DNA of 64,000 bases from a virus, in IMG/VR virus record IMGVR_UViG_3300010354_000051, positions 1 through 64,000 of that record, one strand, 5' to 3'. Shown piece by piece: positions 18,456-25,258 of this stretch. The position numbers and the translations under genes are program-made. How positions within the stretch are numbered: the stretch's first letter is position 1; every line of letters starts with the position of its first letter. Under the pieces are notes generated by a model. The model worked only from the letters and a program-made list of their open reading frames with translations. It did not search any database and was not told where the DNA came from.

Positions 18456-21428
18456 TCAGCCTTGGCACGCCAAGCACTCTTCGTATTCCGAGCTTTCACT
18501 CTGCTCGAATAACTTAGCCAGGCCGGTATAACCGCCCTCGACATGAGTACCGTTCAGCCAGATCTGGGGCACGGTGGTGTAAGGCCAGGACTGATCTTCG
18601 ATCTCGCTCCGATCTTTCTCCGTAATGACATACCCGTGTTCCTTTAGCAGTTCTTTTGCCTTCACGCACCAGGGACAAGTAGAAGTGGTGACAATCATTG
18701 CTGACTGCTTGTATACCGGGCTGGCTTTTTTCTTTGTGACTTGCAACGAACTAGATTTCAAGTAATAGAGGGACTTCAGACCGTGTTTCCAAGCGCTGAG
18801 GTGTAGTCTAAGCAAATACTCCGCACTTGATTCCGGGTCGACAAAGAGGTTGAGAGATTGGCCTTGGCAGACAAAAGGTTGCCTGTCCGCTGCTTGCTTG
18901 ACCAGTTCAAACTGGTCAATTTCTCTAGCTGTTTTGAAAACTTCTTTGACCGTATCAGGGAGGAAGTTAAGATGCTGTACGCTACCTCGTTCGTCAAGAA
19001 TGCTATCCCAGACATCTTGAGTATTTTTACCTATAGATTCGAGATGGTTCTCCAAATAAGGATTCCGTCTCACAAACACTCCTTTTGCGTTCTCAGCCAC
19101 GTACAGGTTGGCTATGACCGGCTCGATTCCTTCACTACCCGCATTGCAAATAACCGAGTTAGTTTTGGTCGGTGCAATGGCGATACGAGTTGCATGTCTG
19201 ACTCCGTTGCCCTGGCACCACTCCGGTTCGCCATATTCCTTAGCCATGTCTTGAGAGGCTTTGAGAGTTAGTCTGTCTATCAACGAGTGGATCTCTATGT
19301 TCAGATCTCGGCTCGCTCGGGAAGCAAAGGGTAGACCACGAGACTGGTACAAAGAGTGCAGGCCCATTACCCCCAAACCTAACGATCGGGATTTCTTAGC
19401 AAAGCGTACTGCTCGGCCCATAGAGGTCAATCTTTCCGCTTTGTGAATGAACTCTTCCAGCACAGCATCTAGGAAATAAATTCCGAGCTCGGGTAGAGTT
19501 TTCCCTGTCACGCTACCACGCCAATCTTTCCATTCATCATACTTGGCCAGGTTGAGAGAGGAAAGAACGCAGACAAAGGTGTGATTTTCGTCTGTAGGGA
19601 GGAAGATCTCAGAACAGTTGTGTACTAGCACACCAGAATTAAGATTTCCGTCTTGCTTGGTGACGATGTAGAAGTTGTGGTTATCTTCTACAGTGAGATC
19701 ATAGACTTTTTCCACACCTAGCTTTCTAACACTGACTACTTTCAAGCCATTGCTACGAATAGAGGCAGTTTTTTCCTGCTCGGCATTAAAAATCTCTTTC
19801 TTAAGATTTACCGGAGCCTGTTTTAGCTCTTCCCATTTGCCATCATACTCAGCTTCACCTACCACATAAGACTTATACAAGTCGAAGCTCTTGCCAAATC
19901 TATAGTTCGAGAAAGAGAGTGGGATATTGTACCCCTTATCTCTCAAGGACAAGTAGGCTTTTTTATCAAAGTATCCTAGCTCAGAGTAGATTGTCTTGCC
20001 CAAAGCAATTAACTCGTAATTATCAATTCCCGAGAAACAAGGGTTGCCTTTTCCAGTACAGGTGGCAGATATATAAGCAGAGTGATAATCCTCATCTACC
20101 TTAAAGATTGGGTTATTAGACCCTTTTCTTTCTTCAGAAGTTTTAGTCCAGTGTTGTTCTCGGGTGAGAATTTGCAGGTTCTGGATATTGTCTCCACCAC
20201 GGCTGACAATATGGTCAACATGGTGGCCTTCTGGTACTTCCCCGTTCCAATATTCCCATATCATCTTACCTTGTTTTCTAGTACCTGAGTTGCAGCATAT
20301 TTCTCTATGGCCAGAGTAATTGACTCTGCTTGTGAAAGGCTCAAGTACTTTGCCTACGGAATGCTGAGCTTCTACCCACTCAGTGTCTCTCAGTGCAAGC
20401 TGATGGTCTGGGGTACAGCGGAAAGTACTACCATCCTCCAGCTCAACCTCTACCACTTCTCTTTCCCCAGTACAAAAAGCAGTTGCATTTTTGATCTCAG
20501 GAACCCACTTCTTCATTTTCTCCCCATTTGATTTGACTCGGGGGCGAGCGGAATAAACAGGGAATTTAGTGTCGACTAAGTCTGAAATAGGTACTACATT
20601 TCTTCCGTCTGCCACGGCAACTAAAGTATCGCCGGTAAAACACAGGTTTGAGGTGTAGATTCTAAGGTTTCTTAGTTTGAATGGGTCAGGACGCTGGTTG
20701 TTGGCATTATCAATATAGATAATGTAAGGCGATCCGGATACCAGTCTGCATTTCAGTACTTCAGAAAAGATCTTGAGTTTTTCTTGATCGCCGGCCATTA
20801 GCTGCTTAACCCAGTCGTCCGTTATTGTCACTGCGATATTGCTATCAATGAACTTTCTCGGGTCGCCCTGGCTATGGTCTTTAGATCTAAGAACGTCTGC
20901 CAGATCAGGGTGGTCGATTGGCAAATAAAATGCAAATGATCCGCGTCTGATACCTCCTTGGCTTACAATTTGTGATGTAATGTCATACAACCTCATCCAA
21001 TCCACCACAGTATTGGCTTTCCCGCCGTCTTTGATTGGCGATCCGCTAGGTTGCAAGTCGCCAAAGTACGTGCCTACCCCTCCACCATACTTAGACAATG
21101 CGGCCGATTCCTTATTATGGCTGTAGATACTCGATACAGAGTTTGAAATATGGTTAGAATAGCAGCTAATGGGCAGGCCTCTGTTCGTCGTGCCCATATT
21201 GCTCAAGACCGGACTCGCTCCGCCAAAAAACCCCCGCCAATACATCTCCATAAAGTCTTTGGAGATCCCAGGTATTTTTAGATATTTTTCCGCACTGATA
21301 GCGTTCCTTTTCCACATGTCCCGAGGGGTTTCTCCGGGAACGAGGTAGCCTTTGCTCAGAGTGTCCAGGGCTTCCTGAGTAATCCAAGAGGGGTGATTGG
21401 GCAGATTGTCAGTATCAAACTCGGTCAT
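18456..21428 (-). CDS. nrdA: Class I ribonucleotide reductase alpha subunit with an intein and a C-terminal glutaredoxin domain
   Basis: ISC, NL-[intein]-CSEI, IAIAPT and CQGQSLNLF motifs. A Grx-like CPWC..TVPQIW segment precedes the C-terminal CLACQG. No N-terminal ATP cone. Confidence 0.93.
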   Translation of the reverse strand: MTEFDTDNLPNHPSWITQEALDTLSKGYLVPGETPRDMWKRNAISAEKYLKIPGISKDFMEMYWRGFFGGASPVLSNMGTTNRGLPISCYSNHISNSVSSIYSHNKESAALSKYGGGVGTYFGDLQPSGSPIKDGGKANTVVDWMRLYDITSQIVSQGGIRRGSFAFYLPIDHPDLADVLRSKDHSQGDPRKFIDSNIAVTITDDWVKQLMAGDQEKLKIFSEVLKCRLVSGSPYIIYIDNANNQRPDPFKLRNLRIYTSNLCFTGDTLVAVADGRNVVPISDLVDTKFPVYSARPRVKSNGEKMKKWVPEIKNATAFCTGEREVVEVELEDGSTFRCTPDHQLALRDTEWVEAQHSVGKVLEPFTSRVNYSGHREICCNSGTRKQGKMIWEYWNGEVPEGHHVDHIVSRGGDNIQNLQILTREQHWTKTSEERKGSNNPIFKVDEDYHSAYISATCTGKGNPCFSGIDNYELIALGKTIYSELGYFDKKAYLSLRDKGYNIPLSFSNYRFGKSFDLYKSYVVGEAEYDGKWEELKQAPVNLKKEIFNAEQEKTASIRSNGLKVVSVRKLGVEKVYDLTVEDNHNFYIVTKQDGNLNSGVLVHNCSEIFLPTDENHTFVCVLSSLNLAKYDEWKDWRGSVTGKTLPELGIYFLDAVLEEFIHKAERLTSMGRAVRFAKKSRSLGLGVMGLHSLYQSRGLPFASRASRDLNIEIHSLIDRLTLKASQDMAKEYGEPEWCQGNGVRHATRIAIAPTKTNSVICNAGSEGIEPVIANLYVAENAKGVFVRRNPYLENHLESIGKNTQDVWDSILDERGSVQHLNFLPDTVKEVFKTAREIDQFELVKQAADRQPFVCQGQSLNLFVDPESSAEYLLRLHLSAWKHGLKSLYYLKSSSLQVTKKKASPVYKQSAMIVTTSTCPWCVKAKELLKEHGYVITEKDRSEIEDQSWPYTTVPQIWLNGTHVEGGYTGLAKLFEQSESSEYEECLACQG
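19617..20642 (-). mobile_element. Intein (342 aa) containing an HNH homing endonuclease
   Basis: Starts CFTGDT, has block B FRCTPDH, ends VYDLTVEDNHNF..VHN followed by the Cys extein. Internal HVDH..DNIQNLQ..H and two G.NNP-like repeats. Confidence 0.92.
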
Positions 21429-21480
21429 TTTGAAGAGGGGATGTAAGGGTCAGTTTAGCGAGAAATTCCGGGCTAGTTTT

Positions 21481-21972
21481 TTATTTTTTCCATTTTGCTC
21501 CGGTGTCCATCAGGCCGTCATCCCAAGCATCTTCTACATTCCTACTTCGGTCGCACCAGTACAGATTGCTGAGACGATTGTCCGGCTTTCCGTCTTGACC
21601 TGTGGGTTTTTTATGGCACACGACTATGTGCTGCCCGGCCGGTTTTTCTGGCCCGAACAGGGCCATTACAGCCTGATGGACAAAGAACTCTTCACGATAA
21701 GGTGAACCGTTCCTCATCCAGGTTACGTTCATACGGAACTTGCCCCGGTCATCTGACCTGGGCTTCCTCATTTTTACCGACCCGTCTTCTCTAATACGCC
21801 TAACTCTGCCCATATTACTTACTTGATACGGGGAGTCTTTCCAATCTCTCCACTCTTCCCTAGCTTCATCATTCGGATCTAGGACAGGAACTTCCTCCAT
21901 TGATACGGTATCATCGTCGTCCTCTGTCGGTTCGGTTGACCAGCCCTCCGGTATGTTAATATTGACTTCCAT
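21481..21972 (-). CDS. Free-standing NUMOD4-HNH endonuclease with an acidic N-terminal extension
   Basis: EEWRDW..YQVSNMGRVR (NUMOD4) and VHQAV..VCH..DNRLSNLYW..N (HNH). Located between nrdB and nrdA. Confidence 0.8.
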   Translation of the reverse strand: MEVNINIPEGWSTEPTEDDDDTVSMEEVPVLDPNDEAREEWRDWKDSPYQVSNMGRVRRIREDGSVKMRKPRSDDRGKFRMNVTWMRNGSPYREEFFVHQAVMALFGPEKPAGQHIVVCHKKPTGQDGKPDNRLSNLYWCDRSRNVEDAWDDGLMDTGAKWKK

Positions 21973-21973
21973 T

Positions 21974-22144
21974 TCAAATATCCCAAGAATCGGTAGGTTG
22001 TTTGGCCAGAATCAGTTTGGCAATACGTGCCTTATGGGCCTGGTCGAGGAGTTTATCGGCCCGGCCCGCCTCACTAATTAGGCAAGTCGTCCCATAACTC
22101 TCCCTCATAATCTTCACATTTTTGTCCACTTTGTTGATGGCCAT
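21974..22144 (-). CDS. Possible 56-aa protein overlapping the upstream ORF
   Basis: Hand translation MAINKVDKNVKIMRESYGTTCLISEAGRADKLLDQAHKARIAKLILAKQPTDSWDI*; its stop is 1 nt before the HNH start. Confidence 0.45.
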   Translation of the reverse strand: MAINKVDKNVKIMRESYGTTCLISEAGRADKLLDQAHKARIAKLILAKQPTDSWDI

Positions 22145-22289
22145 GACGTTCGTAGTTAAGTTTGGCGAAATAGTAAGCGCTCCAGGCTAACTCCGGATCG
22201 GAAAAGATTTTCTCTCCTGAGACAGTTTGGACTATCCACCCCTGCCGATCGGGTATTTTAATCGGCTTAGGGTAGGGATAGTCGGTCAT
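22074..22289 (-). CDS. Hypothetical protein
   Basis: 71-aa ORF with an ATGA overlap with the nrdB stop. Confidence 0.55.
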   Translation of the reverse strand: MTDYPYPKPIKIPDRQGWIVQTVSGEKIFSDPELAWSAYYFAKLNYERHGHQQSGQKCEDYEGELWDDLPN

Positions 22290-23296
22290 ACCAGATCTAG
22301 ACTCATCGATTGTAGGTCGACGGACATGAAGTCTTGCCCAGGCTTAGCAATATAGTTACTGCCGGATTTAGACCGGGCGAAGAAGTCATGATTGGTCTGA
22401 CCTCTTACCATAGGGTAGAACCACGACCCTAGTTTGTCGGCCAGAGCCTTCTCTTCCTCAGTCATTTCAATTTGGAAATGCTGATTTAGGTCAAGGCATT
22501 TAATTCGGTCGTTAGATCTGGCCTTTAAGTTAGCTTTTAGTTCGGCTAGTGTTACAGGAATTGCTTCGTTGTCAATAGTTGAGTAAATATCCTCGAGAAA
22601 TCCGAACTCGTTGGCCAGAATAGCCTCGAATCCGCCCTTGATCTGTTCGATTTCTTCCTTGGTTATGCCCTGCTCTTTTACCAGCTCTCGGAATAGTTCA
22701 CACCCCGCTTCACTATGCTGAGCTTCGTCCAGGCAAGACCACGAAATGATCTGGGCTAAGCCTTTGAATCGGCCATCTAGGCTGAAAGAGAGCAGAATGG
22801 CGAACGAGCTGAATAGCGATACGCCTTCCCCTGCTCCGCTAAACACAGCTAGCGATACTTTATCGTTCTGGCAATCCTCAAAAAATTTAGATACTTTGTT
22901 TTTGGCTGCCGGATTGCCCAGAAACTCCTCGAACTCCTTCAGGCCAAGCTGGTCGGATAAGTGGTTATAGGCCTGGGCGTGAATCTGCTCAAATGCGCTG
23001 AACATCCGTGCCATGGCATGGATCTCAGGCTTGGGGAATATACTGCAGACTTTGTCTCCCCAGTAACACCCAATACCCATTTCCGCAGCGGTAAAGCCTC
23101 TCAGCACACCCGCAATAAGCTTTCTCTCATTTTCTGTCGTGCTGTGCTTCCAGTCGGATTCATCCGGGCCAAGCTGGACTTCTTTAACACGCCAAACAGA
23201 CCCAAGAGCTTTCTCAAAATACTCAAAGAACTGCGGATAGTCAAATCCATGGTCTTTTTTATAGACCATGGCCGGGTGCTCAAGGATAGACGGCAT
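22286..23296 (-). CDS. nrdB: Class I ribonucleotide reductase beta subunit
   Basis: Ferritin-like metal ligands in AAE, EQIH..AY, GEGVSLFSSF and DEAQH. Confidence 0.9.
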   Translation of the reverse strand: MPSILEHPAMVYKKDHGFDYPQFFEYFEKALGSVWRVKEVQLGPDESDWKHSTTENERKLIAGVLRGFTAAEMGIGCYWGDKVCSIFPKPEIHAMARMFSAFEQIHAQAYNHLSDQLGLKEFEEFLGNPAAKNKVSKFFEDCQNDKVSLAVFSGAGEGVSLFSSFAILLSFSLDGRFKGLAQIISWSCLDEAQHSEAGCELFRELVKEQGITKEEIEQIKGGFEAILANEFGFLEDIYSTIDNEAIPVTLAELKANLKARSNDRIKCLDLNQHFQIEMTEEEKALADKLGSWFYPMVRGQTNHDFFARSKSGSNYIAKPGQDFMSVDLQSMSLDLV

Positions 23297-23335
23297 GATA
23301 AAATCGATCTAGGTAAATAGTAGCAAGGATTTTTA

Positions 23336-23881
23336 TCAGTCGTAGACGTTTTTGACAGCAGGGGTTTCTGGGAAACGCTGGCGGAGTTGTGCCAGAGCGT
23401 CATCAGGCAACGCAGCAGAAATAACCCGATACGCCTCACCCAGAGCCGAGGTACGATCGGGCTTTAGAGGAGATTTATACTGTTCGCCTTCTTTGAAGTT
23501 AGGCACGACAGTATAGTATTTTTTCGAATCAATCTCCTGAACCAAGTAGTAATTTCTACCGGCCTGATTACCGCTTTCAATAACAATATGGCCAGGGGGT
23601 AGATCGAGCGACCCGGTATCTCCTACATCACGCTTCGCCGCCTCCGGCTTGTACTCGTCCGTGCCACCAAAAGAACTCTTTGCGCCACCTTCGACATTCG
23701 CCGCACCGAATTCACCATCCGGATCGACATGTCTGAGGTGAGAATCGACTTCAGAATTCCCTTCGCCGACCGGATTGGACGGAATGTCTTCCGGACCTGT
23801 GCCATACTTTGCTTCACCAAACTCATAAGTGGGGTTTTCTAAAGCAGACCACCCGTGAGGTGGGGTAAACTCATCAGACAT
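23336..23881 (-). CDS. Hypothetical acidic protein with an N-terminal PPHGWSA tag variant
   Basis: Start reassigned to the ATG at 23881 (MSDEF), because the track's upstream extension runs across a hairpin and the promoter motif. Confidence 0.7.
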   Translation of the reverse strand: MSDEFTPPHGWSALENPTYEFGEAKYGTGPEDIPSNPVGEGNSEVDSHLRHVDPDGEFGAANVEGGAKSSFGGTDEYKPEAAKRDVGDTGSLDLPPGHIVIESGNQAGRNYYLVQEIDSKKYYTVVPNFKEGEQYKSPLKPDRTSALGEAYRVISAALPDDALAQLRQRFPETPAVKNVYD

Positions 23882-23904
23882 AACGACTAAATTACTCTGA
23901 TCAG

Positions 23905-23912
23905 CTTTCAAC
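23905..23912 (-). promoter_or_regulatory. Candidate late promoter GTTGAAAG-N6-AG
   Basis: 23 nt upstream of the ATG at 23881. Confidence 0.75.
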
Positions 23913-23916
23913 GAGA

Positions 23917-23946
23917 AAAGGGGGAGGGGAGTAAGCCTCCCCCTCA
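23917..23946 (-). terminator. Probable terminator after the 24907-23954 gene
   Basis: GGGGAG-GCTTA-CTCCCC stem-loop followed by CCCCTTTT on the minus strand, directly before the next promoter motif. Confidence 0.5.
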
Positions 23947-23953
23947 ACTCCTA

Positions 23954-24907
23954 TCAGAAGTCCAGATTCAGGTCGTCCTCATTCACTTCCTCTTGGCGAG
24001 AAAGGATCAGAGCACAGCGAATCCGAGTCTTGCCGTCAGTGGTGACTGTACGGTCCTTGATAGTCAGAACTGCAGGCTTTTCTTCACTGATCTCAGGCTG
24101 AGTAGCAAAGATAGAGCGGAGGGTGCTGTGGCACCAGCCTTCAGCAGTCAGACCGTCATCAGGATAGTTCCTGATAGTCATACGGAACGTTTGACCGTAT
24201 GTGGTGTTGACGGGGCGATAGGAAATCACCTCGTAGTTGACATCAACAGCCAGGTCTTTGAAGTCAAACTCACCATCGGCGTTAGAGCGGGAGTTACCAG
24301 AACCTTTCGGCTTGGCTTCCTGCACCAGAGGAGCGAGATCCTCCGGCTTTTTCTTCAGCATGCCGTTCAGGACTTTGACTTCAGGAACGTTCTTGTAGTC
24401 AGCGAACCGAACGGCGACGGGGAGAATAACCTGGCCAGATTCATCCTCCTCGTCTACGCTCACCATGAGCGAAACATCACCACCTCTGCCCGAGAAGTTG
24501 TACTGAGCGAACTCAGCTTCCAGGGTGATAGGCTGGCCATTGACCGTGACAGTCATGCCTTCCTTGGACAGGGAAATGGGGATGTAACGAGGACCCCATT
24601 GGATGTAAAGAGAACCGGGTGAAGTACCCTCCACATCTTCAGCCCCGGCTTTGACAACCGGACCGAAAAGTCGGTTGTAGATGCCGTCTTCAGCCTTAAT
24701 AAGGAAAGTGTTTTCCTCAAGGGGGAGATCTTCACCGGTCAGAGCCATGAAGACTTTGTCCAGGTTCTGTCTCATAGCGCGAGGAAGATTCGCGTTAGGC
24801 AGAGCAGTGTACTGGGAGTCGTAGGTCCGGCCGGCGAGAGAAGCCAGGTCGGGGCTAGCCGTACCCACTTCAATAGTGGTTACGGTATAGGCGGTTGTTG
24901 CAGGCAT
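23954..24907 (-). CDS. Hypothetical protein, candidate single-stranded DNA-binding protein
   Basis: 317 aa, beta-rich, with an acidic C-terminal tail ending EEVNEDDLNLDF; next to the nrd genes. Confidence 0.45.
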   Translation of the reverse strand: MPATTAYTVTTIEVGTASPDLASLAGRTYDSQYTALPNANLPRAMRQNLDKVFMALTGEDLPLEENTFLIKAEDGIYNRLFGPVVKAGAEDVEGTSPGSLYIQWGPRYIPISLSKEGMTVTVNGQPITLEAEFAQYNFSGRGGDVSLMVSVDEEDESGQVILPVAVRFADYKNVPEVKVLNGMLKKKPEDLAPLVQEAKPKGSGNSRSNADGEFDFKDLAVDVNYEVISYRPVNTTYGQTFRMTIRNYPDDGLTAEGWCHSTLRSIFATQPEISEEKPAVLTIKDRTVTTDGKTRIRCALILSRQEEVNEDDLNLDF

Positions 24908-24968
24908 TAAGTTAGTCTCACTAGTTGGGTGGGAAAGGGAGTTTCAGGGTCCCGTTCGCCTCTGAAGC

Positions 24969-25253
24969 TTAGCAAGATTTTTCCGAGTGGAGAAAGGCCT
25001 GAGCTTCAATCCGGATCGAGTAAAGTTGCGTGCTTATGGGATTTAGAGGGCAGAGTGGCGGAATGTACAAAATTAGGAGATTTCCCACCCACAGCTCTTT
25101 TTCGAACGGGCATTTTGCCGGGATGAAGTTTATCCAAGCCTGGGCTAGTTCGGGTGTCCAGCGAGTCGGCTTTAGCCAAGGTACACTGAACTGAGGCAAT
25201 TTCGCAATAAAATTTAACCAGCGAGCGGGCGGGCGAGCTTTTTTGCGCGTCAT
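24969..25253 (-). CDS. Mo-dependent nitrogenase C-terminal domain-like protein (cyanobacterial family)
   Basis: FIPAKCPFEKEL..ILYIPPLCPLNPI..QLYSIRIEA matches the IPxxCPFER..HIPPLCKLNP signature. Confidence 0.75.
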   Translation of the reverse strand: MTRKKARPPARWLNFIAKLPQFSVPWLKPTRWTPELAQAWINFIPAKCPFEKELWVGNLLILYIPPLCPLNPISTQLYSIRIEAQAFLHSEKSC

Positions 25254-25258
25254 GCCTG

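Noticed and set aside
23882-23947. Track's N-terminal extension of the 23336-23947 ORF
   Set aside because: It spans the upstream terminator and the promoter motif; the ATG at 23881 fits the modal spacing.
23993-24622. 209-aa plus-strand ORF
   Set aside because: Antisense shadow of the codon-biased 24907-23954 gene.
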